In this document: piece by piece, positions 36,578 to 45,575 of the stretch
How the letters are laid out: each line of letters opens with the position of its first letter
How positions within the stretch are numbered: position 1 is the stretch's first letter
Source of the DNA: Leptospiraceae bacterium
GTDB taxonomy: Bacteria > Spirochaetota > Leptospiria > Leptospirales > Leptonemataceae
NCBI GenBank assembly: GCA_040217195.1
Contig: JAVJNR010000002.1
Location: 96,001 to 160,000 of the forward strand
Length of the DNA: 64,000 bases
Direction: 5' to 3'
Made by a program: the position numbers and the translations under genes
Notes under the pieces: model-generated
Seen by the model: only the letters and a program-made list of their open reading frames with translations
Database searches by the model: none
What the model was told of the DNA's origin: nothing

Positions 36578-39189
36578 TGACTCGGGTATTCCTACTTCTA
36601 CCCAGGCTCGACGCTTTCGATGCAATTGCAAACGATGTACTGGGCATGGCCAGTTCATTGCGTGCTTTCGGTTTACAGCTTACCATAGTGGCCGCCGGTG
36701 GCGCTCTGAAAAAGGAGTTCAGGAAACCAGGAAAAGGAATCTGGAAGAACGCATCGGTGGCGGATTTGCTGATCTATCATTATGGTATTGCCTGGGAAAA
36801 GGGAGATGCTCTTTTCTCTTCGTTTCCGGGACGAAAGGTGTTGCGTTTCCATAATGTTACCCCTGCCGAATTCTATGAACCTTATCATTCAGGCATCGCC
36901 AACGCCTGTCGGGAAGGGCTGCGTAGAGTCTCCCTGCTAAAAGCCGATGAAGCCTGGTGTGTCAGTGATTATAACGCCAGGGTGCTCAAAGATCTGGGAT
37001 GGATTGGACTTACGGAGATTCTACCACCGTTTCACAGAATTGAGGAAATGGCTCAGCTTCCCATAAATGTGTCTGCGCTGGGTAAACAACTCCGCAACCG
37101 GACTCAGTCAAAGCCTAAATCTGATCTCAGACTTCTATTTGTGGGTCGCCTGGTCCCTAACAAGTCTCTGCCCCGGACGATTCGAACACTGGATAATGCC
37201 CTGGCAGCATCAGAGGAACCCGTTTTCGCGAGTCTGCGAATCGTGGGCGACTCTGATCCGGCTCTAAGCGAACACGTGAAAGAGATTCAAGAGGCAGCCC
37301 GAACAGCCAGAAATCTAGTCGTGGAATTTTGTGGGAAGCTCAGTCAGGAGGCTCTGAAAAGGGAGTTTTTGCTGGCCCATGCACTCATAACCTTTTCCGA
37401 GCATGAGGGATTCTGCGTTCCCGTGGTGGAAGCTCTAGCGCTGGGGCTGCCCGTGCTGGCTATGCAATCGGAAGCTGTGCGAAATACCCTGGGTGGATGC
37501 GGCTTTTTTGCAGAAAACGAGAAGGAGCTAGAAGATTCTTTGCAGTCACTGCTATTCGATGAAGTAAAGATCGATGGAAAAATCGAAGATGGAATTCACA
37601 GGTATTATCGAAATTTTCATCCACAGGTATTGTCCCGGCTCCTGCATCGGCTAATCGAAAATCAAATAGATTCAGGATTCCTGGCAAATGAAGAAAAGAA
37701 GAATGCGGCTCTAGGCGAAAGCAAAAAGGAAAGCGAAAGCGAAAACGTAAGCAAAAGCGGGACCTCCGTCGGTTTCAGTCAGACCCACTCCCGGATCGTG
37801 GAGAGTCGTCGAGGAAAAAGGATTGCTCTCATTGTGGCCCGTTTTGGCGAGGAATTTGCCGGAGGCTCGGAAAAGGAGGCCTTTGATTACGCAAACCTGT
37901 TGCGATTGGATGGCTATGACGTGGATGTGCTTACCAGTTGTGCGCGCAGTTCTGAAAGCTGGAAGAACGAGTATTCGCCTGGAATATCTGTGTTGCCACT
38001 GGAAGAAAAGGTAGGCTTTGGATCTGTCATCTCCGGGCCTGAATCCAGGCAAACAACGAATCAGACAACGAATCAGACAACCGGGGAAAAGAAAGTTTCA
38101 TCATCTCAACCCGGCAAGCTTCGAATCCTAAGATTTCCGGTGCTGCAGGAAAGGACCGACTACTGGCATAAGCTGGATGCATTGATCGATGCCTCCGAGG
38201 TTCTGGATTGGATGCAAACCGGAGGATACGCTCTGGGGCTGGAATGGATTCGAGCCCAGGGGCCCTATCAGCCGGAGCTGATACTGGAATTGAATGGGCA
38301 ATACGATCATTATCTGTTTATGACGTATCTCTACTTTCCAGTTCTGATGGGTTCCATGTTAACTAATTGCGAAAGGAACTTTCTAGTTCCAACATTACAT
38401 GAGGAAAGACCAGCTTTATTCAAACCCATGAAGCGATTACCTCTTCGATTTCGCAATTTGATCTGGAATACTGTAGAAGAAGGGGAATTGGCAGGGAAAT
38501 TATGGAATGTAAAGGGAGGCACCGTGGTGGGTGCACCTCTGGATCTTACTTCTCTGGATCAGTTTTCGCAAAAAGATAAGAGAGCGAATGAATCTGATGC
38601 CGGGGCTCTGGCGATCTCAGAGGAGCTTGCAAGCCGGAAGGAAGGGTACCCAGGCTTTGATTCAGCGGAGGCTCTACCTACATTTCTATACATTGGTCGC
38701 TGGGGCTCTGGAAAAGGTACCGATGTGATGATGGCCATGCTCAGGCAATACAATAGCGTCCGTCCCATTCGATTGACGATTCTGGGCAGTGGCAAGGACG
38801 TAAAAATCCCGGGATTCGCAGAAGCACTTGGTTTTGTATCGGAGGAAGTAAAGGCGCAGTTGATCCGATCGGCAACGGCTGTGCTGGTTCCCTCGCCCAT
38901 GGAAAGCTTTAGTATTGTTACTCTGGAAAGTCTGGCACGCAGAACACCGGTAATCGTCAACGGCAATAATCCGGTACTCAAAGGCCATGCCATACGATCG
39001 GAATGCGCCCTCAGTTATGAAGACTCCGCTCAGTTTATGCAATGCCTGGACCGTGCGATTTCCGGCCTGGATTCGAATACTCTAGACAAAGGGATGAAGT
39101 ACGCGCTATCCTACTCGCCTGAAAAAATTAAGGAAAGCCTCAAAGCAGGTATGAGCCTGGGTGAGCCCTTGCCTCGCAAGAAAGAATAA
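36577..39189 (+). CDS. Tandem double GT4 glycosyltransferase
   Basis: Two GT-B units, each with an E-x7-E motif ('HEGFCVPVVEA', 'MESFSIVTLES'), plus 'VGRLVPNK' and 'IGRWGSGKG'. Confidence 0.87.
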   Translation: MTRVFLLLPRLDAFDAIANDVLGMASSLRAFGLQLTIVAAGGALKKEFRKPGKGIWKNASVADLLIYHYGIAWEKGDALFSSFPGRKVLRFHNVTPAEFYEPYHSGIANACREGLRRVSLLKADEAWCVSDYNARVLKDLGWIGLTEILPPFHRIEEMAQLPINVSALGKQLRNRTQSKPKSDLRLLFVGRLVPNKSLPRTIRTLDNALAASEEPVFASLRIVGDSDPALSEHVKEIQEAARTARNLVVEFCGKLSQEALKREFLLAHALITFSEHEGFCVPVVEALALGLPVLAMQSEAVRNTLGGCGFFAENEKELEDSLQSLLFDEVKIDGKIEDGIHRYYRNFHPQVLSRLLHRLIENQIDSGFLANEEKKNAALGESKKESESENVSKSGTSVGFSQTHSRIVESRRGKRIALIVARFGEEFAGGSEKEAFDYANLLRLDGYDVDVLTSCARSSESWKNEYSPGISVLPLEEKVGFGSVISGPESRQTTNQTTNQTTGEKKVSSSQPGKLRILRFPVLQERTDYWHKLDALIDASEVLDWMQTGGYALGLEWIRAQGPYQPELILELNGQYDHYLFMTYLYFPVLMGSMLTNCERNFLVPTLHEERPALFKPMKRLPLRFRNLIWNTVEEGELAGKLWNVKGGTVVGAPLDLTSLDQFSQKDKRANESDAGALAISEELASRKEGYPGFDSAEALPTFLYIGRWGSGKGTDVMMAMLRQYNSVRPIRLTILGSGKDVKIPGFAEALGFVSEEVKAQLIRSATAVLVPSPMESFSIVTLESLARRTPVIVNGNNPVLKGHAIRSECALSYEDSAQFMQCLDRAISGLDSNTLDKGMKYALSYSPEKIKESLKAGMSLGEPLPRKKE
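38050..38082 (+). repeat. 12-bp coding tandem repeat (QTTN, ~2.75 copies)
   Basis: CAAACAACGAAT CAGACAACGAAT CAGACAACC. Confidence 0.8.
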
Positions 39190-39225
39190 AAGTAGGAATG
39201 GATCTCTCACTGACGGTAGTAAGAT

Positions 39226-39705
39226 TTAATAGGAATCCGGGTGCCAGAATTCAGGTTGTAGAGAAAAAAGCAGCAGCCCCGAGCCCGGTGCAGGTCGCGC
39301 AGGTAAATTAATTCCGAGCACCGTCCCCGGGGGAATATAGAACACTGAATCTGAACTTCCCAGGAAATAGGCAGCGATTCTGGCAACGTCTGGCATATGA
39401 AAAACCAGCGCGGCTGCTTCCGTGGGCTTTAGTGAAAGCAAATCACCGGCCACTCCCTCCGGACTGGCGCCGGGCCGAAGCACGGTCCAGGGCTCTGTTT
39501 CACAGGCAAGGGATTGGCTTAGAATAGAAGCTGTCTGATGGGTGCGAACCAGGGGGCTATGAAATACCTTCTGAAATTTCCATCCGGTATTCTTCAAAAA
39601 GGTGCCAAGGGACATTATGTCTTGTTTTCCCTCGGTAGATAGCTCTCTTTGTTCATCTGGATGAGTATTTTCTGCCTCTCCGTGTCGAATCAGTGCAATC
39701 TTCAT
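39226..39705 (-). CDS. sixA: Phosphohistidine phosphatase SixA
   Basis: 'LIRHGEA', 'SPLVRTHQTA', 'VFHMP'. Confidence 0.85.
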   Translation of the reverse strand: MKIALIRHGEAENTHPDEQRELSTEGKQDIMSLGTFLKNTGWKFQKVFHSPLVRTHQTASILSQSLACETEPWTVLRPGASPEGVAGDLLSLKPTEAAALVFHMPDVARIAAYFLGSSDSVFYIPPGTVLGINLPARPAPGSGLLLFSLQPEFWHPDSY

Positions 39706-39792
39706 AAGTTTAGGGTACCTGCTAACCGATTTTTAGAGCACAGGGAAACAAGCATTTCTTGACGTATCTGCAAAATAAGGAACTTTTGAACC

Positions 39793-40482
39793 GTGAGCCA
39801 GCCCTCTCTTCATGATATCAACGATAACATACAGGTGGCCGTTAAGAACGGACGATACCTGACGCTTAAGACACATCGGATGACCGAGATGGTTGAAAAG
39901 CATATTCAGCATGCTCTGGAATCGATACTGGATAAGACGCAAAAAGGCCCACTTATCCATACTCTTTATACAATCCTCAAGGAGCTGGTTATCAATGGCT
40001 GTAAAGCGAACCAGAAACGGATTTTCTTCGATGAAGTAGGGCTGAATATTAAGGATGCCGTCCAGTACGATGAAGGAATCGCCAAATATCGAGCAACCTT
40101 TAGCGAAAAGATGTCACTTGAGTATGGCATGAAAGCCCGGCGAAAAGGATATTTTGTATTGATTGATTTTCATTTCGATACAGATGGATTGACAATAGAA
40201 GTTGTGAACAACACTCCCATTGCACCGCAGGAAGAAGAAGCTATGCGGGAAAAGCTGAAGAAGGCTATGGGATACAATGACATCGCCGAGTTCTATATGG
40301 ATCAGGCTATGATGGGCGAATCCGAAGGTGCAGGTCTGGGCCTGGCGCTGGTGATCATTCTATTAAAAGGTGAGGGTATCGATCCGAAGCTTTTCCGAAT
40401 CATGATCCGCGAAGACCGTACCATCGCACGGCTGGAAATACCTTTTTCCGAGAAGTTCATAAGCAAACGAGACGTCGCTTGA
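39793..40482 (+). CDS. Stand-alone HATPase-like protein, paralogous to the N-domain of the HDOD protein
   Basis: 'KELVINGCKANQKRIFF', 'ESEGAGLGLAL', 'FRI...TIARLEIP'. Confidence 0.8.
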   Translation: MSQPSLHDINDNIQVAVKNGRYLTLKTHRMTEMVEKHIQHALESILDKTQKGPLIHTLYTILKELVINGCKANQKRIFFDEVGLNIKDAVQYDEGIAKYRATFSEKMSLEYGMKARRKGYFVLIDFHFDTDGLTIEVVNNTPIAPQEEEAMREKLKKAMGYNDIAEFYMDQAMMGESEGAGLGLALVIILLKGEGIDPKLFRIMIREDRTIARLEIPFSEKFISKRDVA

Positions 40483-40502
40483 TACCTCTCTTCCGACCCT
40501 GA

Positions 40503-41327
40503 ATGAAATCGATTCCCGGGCTTTCTGCCTGTATCATTACCTTAAACGAGCAGGATAATCTGCCGGATTGCCTGCGGTCCCTGGATTTCGTAAGCGAAAT
40601 AGTCATTGTAGACAGTGGTTCCCGGGACAATACTCAAAAGATAGCCAGAGCAGCCGGGGCCCGGCTCTTTAAGCGAGAGTTCGATAACTACATTGATCAG
40701 AAGAATTTTGCCATTCAGAAAGCCCGGGGACCCTGGATTCTATTTCTGGATGCAGATGAGCGGATTGATGTCAGGTTGAATGCTGAAATTAGAAAACTCT
40801 TTAGCGCATCGCCCGGTTCAGATATTAGCAGGGGAAGTTCTCCCGTTAAACCAGAGGTCCGACCGTCTACAGCGGGGTATAAGGTGCCTCGAAGGACTTT
40901 CTATCTGGGTCGGTGGATTCGTCACAGCGGTTGGTATCCAGACTATTCCATCAGATTGTTTCGCAAGGGATCCGGGCAGTTTGAGGGTAGAACGTTTCAT
41001 GAAACCGTAAAAATTCGAGGCCGGGCTGGAAAGCTGCATAATCCGATTCTTCATTTTAGCTACCGTAGTATTCGCCAGCATCTGGATGTGATCAATCGAT
41101 ATAGTGAGCTATTCGCCCGGGAAAGGCTGAGTCTGGGCAAAAGAAATGGAGTGCTATTCAGTCTGGGTAAAGGCCTGATAAAATTTCTGACAATGTATGT
41201 ATGGCGGTTGGGTTTTCTGGATGGACGGGCCGGTCTGGTCATCGCTGTGCTGGGCTCCTACTATAACTTCTTGAAATATATTAAAGTCTGGGAGTATTCC
41301 AGGCGAACGAAGGCCTCGGAGCACTGA
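40503..41327 (+). CDS. GT2 glycosyltransferase (KdtX/WaaE-like)
   Basis: 'IITLNE', 'VDSGSRDNT', 'LDADE', 'GWYPDY..RLF', 'GFLDGRAG'. Confidence 0.88.
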   Translation: MKSIPGLSACIITLNEQDNLPDCLRSLDFVSEIVIVDSGSRDNTQKIARAAGARLFKREFDNYIDQKNFAIQKARGPWILFLDADERIDVRLNAEIRKLFSASPGSDISRGSSPVKPEVRPSTAGYKVPRRTFYLGRWIRHSGWYPDYSIRLFRKGSGQFEGRTFHETVKIRGRAGKLHNPILHFSYRSIRQHLDVINRYSELFARERLSLGKRNGVLFSLGKGLIKFLTMYVWRLGFLDGRAGLVIAVLGSYYNFLKYIKVWEYSRRTKASEH

Positions 41328-41372
41328 AAAAAGGAAATGCAAAACTGACATAATGCAATAGATTGGGTTTTC

Positions 41373-42893
41373 ATGGACCTGGGTTCAAAATTAGGCCTCT
41401 ACGATAAAAAGCCCAGTCAAGCGAAGTCCCGGGCAAATCTTGATGAAAAGTCTGAGAATCGGCGAGACGGTTCAATCCCCGGAGAATCCAGTCGTACTGG
41501 CTCACCAATAGGGGAGTCTCCGAAGGCTGCATCGCATTGCCTATCTCCAGGACAATCGCAGTCGGAATCGGAATCTCTGGTGCAAACGGAGCCATGCCGG
41601 CAGCCGCAGGTACAGTCAGAAACGGAATCTCCATCGGAGGCGAATCAGGGGAATCAACCGCTACTGCAATTCCAGGACATTCAATTAGAACGCCTTTGTC
41701 CAGATCTCTATTTTCGTAGAATCGATTATCCGGATTTGCTGCTGGGCCAGACTTCCCTGGCTGAATTATTGGTACAGCCCATGCAATACCTGGATGATCT
41801 ACTGCCTTCCCGGACCCTGGAAGGTGCGCCTGAAATGGTTCATCGCAACGAAGTCCTTTTTATAGATACAGAAACCACAGGTCTGGGTAGAGGTCCGGGC
41901 AACTTTCCCTTTCTATACGGCCTGGCCTACATACGCGAAAATGGTTTGGTCTTCGAACAGTATTTTCTCAACGGTCCGGGTGCGGAGGCAGAGTTCCAGG
42001 CTATTCTACGAGAGAAAGTCTCCCATTTCGCGGCCATATGCAGCTACAATGGCAAATCATTCGATGTACCGCTTATCAGAAATCGATTTGTTCTTCTGGG
42101 CGAGAGATTCAAAGCGCCGCCAGTTCATTTAGATCTGTTTCATTTCTGGAGATCCATTGGTGGAGGTATGCGAAAGGCCGCATCCGGTCCCGTGGAAGCA
42201 AAGAAAAAAGCCAGACTTTCCATGAAAGGGTTTAAACAAAAGAATATGGAAGAAGAGGTACTGGGCTTTTTCAGGCAGAATGATTTACCAGGGGCCGAGG
42301 TCCCGCAGGTCTATTTCGATTTTAGAAAGTACGGCAGAGGGGAGCGAATGAGCGAAGTACTGCGTCATAATGAATGGGATCTGCAGGGGCTGGCGCTCCT
42401 CTTTTTGAAGGCCATATCTCTGGTTAACAATGAAAGAGACCAGGTTGCTCTGTATCGCTCGGGAATCGCAAGAATGTTTTTGCGACATGGAAAGTCCCAG
42501 GAGTCTGCTAGAATTCTTCGGGAATTGAGCCAGGTTACGGACAGGGATTATCAGGACAGTCTACTATACGGCGATAGGATTCTGCTTGGCAATGTTCTAA
42601 AACGGAACAAGCGGTACGTAGAGGCAGATGAAGTCTTTGAAGGTCTGTTCAGAAAGTATCGTTGCATGCAAAGCTGCATCGAAATGAGCCGTTATAGAGA
42701 GTTCCGATTAAAGGAACTGGATTCGGCGCTGGAGGTGGCTCAAGAAGGTCTGGAGCTTCTGGAATTTCGTGGAGTGGATGAGTCCAATCGATATTTTCAG
42801 GATCTAAAGCGTCGAACGACAAGATTGCGAACACGGATGGAAAAGCAACAGAGAGACACAGAAAGTAAGGTCTCAACGGAAAATAGCAAATGA
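41373..42893 (+). CDS. YprB/MrfB-like DEDDh exonuclease with C-terminal TPR-like region
   Basis: 'FIDTETTG', 'SYNGKSFDVP', 'HLDL', 'HNEWDL'. Confidence 0.82.
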   Translation: MDLGSKLGLYDKKPSQAKSRANLDEKSENRRDGSIPGESSRTGSPIGESPKAASHCLSPGQSQSESESLVQTEPCRQPQVQSETESPSEANQGNQPLLQFQDIQLERLCPDLYFRRIDYPDLLLGQTSLAELLVQPMQYLDDLLPSRTLEGAPEMVHRNEVLFIDTETTGLGRGPGNFPFLYGLAYIRENGLVFEQYFLNGPGAEAEFQAILREKVSHFAAICSYNGKSFDVPLIRNRFVLLGERFKAPPVHLDLFHFWRSIGGGMRKAASGPVEAKKKARLSMKGFKQKNMEEEVLGFFRQNDLPGAEVPQVYFDFRKYGRGERMSEVLRHNEWDLQGLALLFLKAISLVNNERDQVALYRSGIARMFLRHGKSQESARILRELSQVTDRDYQDSLLYGDRILLGNVLKRNKRYVEADEVFEGLFRKYRCMQSCIEMSRYREFRLKELDSALEVAQEGLELLEFRGVDESNRYFQDLKRRTTRLRTRMEKQQRDTESKVSTENSK

Positions 42894-45208
42894 ATACAGA
42901 GCAGCTAATCGATTACATTCAGAGTGATCCTCAATTCGAGAATAGAATTCAATCGGTGAGCCATGTGCCCGGAAAATCCGCCCAGTTCGGGGATTTTCCA
43001 AAGGGACTGGATGTTGATCTGGTTCAGGGAGTGCAGTCCCTGGGCATCTCAGAGCTGTATAGCCATCAGGCCCGGGCTGTGGAAGCCGCTCTGGACGGCG
43101 AAAATACGGTGGTGGTAACTCCTACCGCCTCGGGCAAATCGTTGACCTATATACTTCCCGTCCTTCAGAAAAAGAGAAAGAACCCGCTGTCCAGAAGCCT
43201 GTTTCTCTTTCCCACAAAGGCGTTGAGTCAGGATCAAATGAGTTCCGTGCAGGCTCTATCGGATGGTTTGCGCGCTGGAATGAAGATCTTTACTTTCGAT
43301 GGAGATACTCCGGCAACTGTGCGCAGCCGGGTGCGAGAGGCAGGCGATATTGTAGTTACGAATCCAGATATGCTACACTCCGGAATCATGCCTCATCATA
43401 CATCCTGGATCAAACTGTTTGAAAATCTAGACTTCATAGTCATTGATGAACTACATACGTACAGAGGAGTCTTCGGTTCGCACCTGGCAAATGTTCTACG
43501 TCGATTGTTTCGGATCTGTGAATTCTATGGCTCCAGACCACAGATCCTGTGCGCATCCGCTACGATCGGAAATCCGCGAGAACTGGCTGAGAAATTGACC
43601 GGTCGGCCATTTACCCTCATTAATGAATCTGGCTCGCCTTTCGGGGATAAGTATTTTGTGTTCTATAACCCGCCCTTGATTCAGAAAGAATTGGGGGTTC
43701 GTGCTTCCTCTTTGAAGGAGGCAGCTCGCCTGGGTGCATCCTTGCTATCCAACGGAGTAAGAACGATTTTCTTTTGCAGGTCCCGTGTAAGAGTGGAGCT
43801 ACTGAGCACCTATCTAAAAGAAAGATGCCCGCAGTTCAAAGAAAAGATTAAATCCTACCGGGGCGGCTATCTACCCAATGAAAGGCGTCAGATTGAAAAG
43901 GATTTAAGAGAGGGAAATTTGCTGGCTGTTGTAAGTACAAATGCTCTGGAACTTGGCATTGACATTGGAAGTCTGGAAGCCAGCGTAAGCCTGGGGTATC
44001 CAGGGTCTATAGCCTCCATTTTGCAGCAAAGCGGAAGGGCCGGTCGAAAGCAACAAACGGCTCTGAGCTTCTTTATCGCAACGTCGGATGGTACCGATCA
44101 ATTCCTGGTTAGCCATCCTGAATATATTCTGGAGCGAAACCCGGAAACAGCTCAAATCAATCAGGATAATCTGGTTATCCTGGCCGATCATATCAAATGT
44201 GCAGCCTTTGAACTTCCTTTCAAAGTTGATGAGAATTTCGGAGATTTTCCCGCTACGAAAGAGATCCTGGATCATCTGGTGAATGCCCGGGTTCTGCATG
44301 TAAACAGAGATAAGTACCACTGGGAAAGCGACACATATCCTGCCTCTGATGTTAGCCTTCGATCGGGGCCAAAAGAAAACTTTGTAATTATCGATGTAAC
44401 CGATACAGGCAATGAAAAGGTGATCGGTGAGGTAGACCATTTTTCAGCGCCATTGTTGATTCATCAGCATGCGATCTATATTCATCAAGGACAACAGTAC
44501 TATGTAGAGGAATTGCTCTGGGATGATCGTCAGGCCCGAGTTCGAAAGATCAATGTGGACTATTATACCGATGCCCATGAGAAAGTAGAGGTCTCGATTC
44601 TAGATGATAACGAAGAAAGAACTGTGGATAATCTTTCTGTTCGCTCAGGAGAAGTCCTTCTACGCAGGAAGGCGGTGCTGTTTAAAAAGATTAAATTGGA
44701 AACCCATGAGAATACAGGATGGGGGGAAATCCATTTACCAGAGCTGGAAATGCATACTCAGGCAGGCTGGATTCTATTCGACCAGGAACTCCTTGATGAT
44801 GTGGCCCGGCAGGTTGTAGACGGAGGCTTGCCCTCGGGTCATTCAGGAGCCATGCTGGCAGCCATCGCTCATAGCTTTGGAATCATCACACCAGTATACA
44901 TTCTTTGCGATCGCTCTGATATAGCATTCAGGTCAGATGTTCGATCTACAGTATTCGAAAAGCCAGCCGTGTATTTCTACGATGGCTTCCCTGGTGGGAT
45001 GGAGCTGAGCTACGTGGCCCTTGATAATCTCGCCAGCATTGCGCGAGGAGCCCTGGAGATTATCGAACGCTGCGAATGCGAAGCAGGCTGTCCCTCCTGC
45101 ACAGGTGTGGTAGATACTGAGATTCCAGTAAAGCAGGCCAGCTCCCTGTTGCTCAGGAGATTTCTGTCCCGTCTGGGGGAAGAGGCTGTACCGGCCGGTG
45201 GTCGATAG
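42890..45208 (+). CDS. DEAD/DEAH helicase with DUF1998 zinc domain (MrfA/YprA/Hrq1 family)
   Basis: 'TPTASGKS', 'PTKALSQDQ', 'DELHTYRGVFGSH', 'TNALELGIDIG', 'QQSGRAGR', 'CECEAGCPSC'. Confidence 0.92.
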   Translation: MNTEQLIDYIQSDPQFENRIQSVSHVPGKSAQFGDFPKGLDVDLVQGVQSLGISELYSHQARAVEAALDGENTVVVTPTASGKSLTYILPVLQKKRKNPLSRSLFLFPTKALSQDQMSSVQALSDGLRAGMKIFTFDGDTPATVRSRVREAGDIVVTNPDMLHSGIMPHHTSWIKLFENLDFIVIDELHTYRGVFGSHLANVLRRLFRICEFYGSRPQILCASATIGNPRELAEKLTGRPFTLINESGSPFGDKYFVFYNPPLIQKELGVRASSLKEAARLGASLLSNGVRTIFFCRSRVRVELLSTYLKERCPQFKEKIKSYRGGYLPNERRQIEKDLREGNLLAVVSTNALELGIDIGSLEASVSLGYPGSIASILQQSGRAGRKQQTALSFFIATSDGTDQFLVSHPEYILERNPETAQINQDNLVILADHIKCAAFELPFKVDENFGDFPATKEILDHLVNARVLHVNRDKYHWESDTYPASDVSLRSGPKENFVIIDVTDTGNEKVIGEVDHFSAPLLIHQHAIYIHQGQQYYVEELLWDDRQARVRKINVDYYTDAHEKVEVSILDDNEERTVDNLSVRSGEVLLRRKAVLFKKIKLETHENTGWGEIHLPELEMHTQAGWILFDQELLDDVARQVVDGGLPSGHSGAMLAAIAHSFGIITPVYILCDRSDIAFRSDVRSTVFEKPAVYFYDGFPGGMELSYVALDNLASIARGALEIIERCECEAGCPSCTGVVDTEIPVKQASSLLLRRFLSRLGEEAVPAGGR

Positions 45209-45378
45209 AAGACTTCGGTCGTTTCGAATAGATTGCGGAGCCATGCTTTGCGAGAAGACCTCTGCCGAATAGAGCTAGCAAAACACAGGCTATGCGACAT
45301 GGACTCTGTGGTAGTGAACAAAAAAGACACGGGCTATGCGAAACGGACCATCCGGAGAAACCTGTGAAGAATCCGGCT

Positions 45379-45550
45379 CTGCTGTAGGGACTCAGTTGAA
45401 GAGAACTGCAACACGACCTGCGATAAGAATTCAGCCGAAGAAAACTGAAACATGCACTGTGATAAAAACTCAGCAGAAGAAAACTGAAACACGTCCTGTG
45501 ATAGGGACTCAGCAGCAGAGACTTGAGAAGACAGACGCACTGCGATAGGG
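45379..45550. repeat. Intergenic degenerate 39-bp tandem repeat (~4.3 copies)
   Basis: Units start at 45379, 45418, 45457, 45496 and 45540 (partial); consensus ~CTGYGATARRRACTCAGCHGAAGAAAACTGAAACACGNN. Confidence 0.85.
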
Positions 45551-45575
45551 GCATATGCAAGACACTGTAATACTT

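Noticed and set aside
40994..41005. GTTTCATGAAAC palindrome as a second parS
   Set aside because: It is two bases short at the centre of the 16-bp consensus and lies in a coding motif (TFHET).
45379..45550. CRISPR array
   Set aside because: The units are contiguous degenerate tandem copies with no unique spacers, and there are no cas genes in the window.
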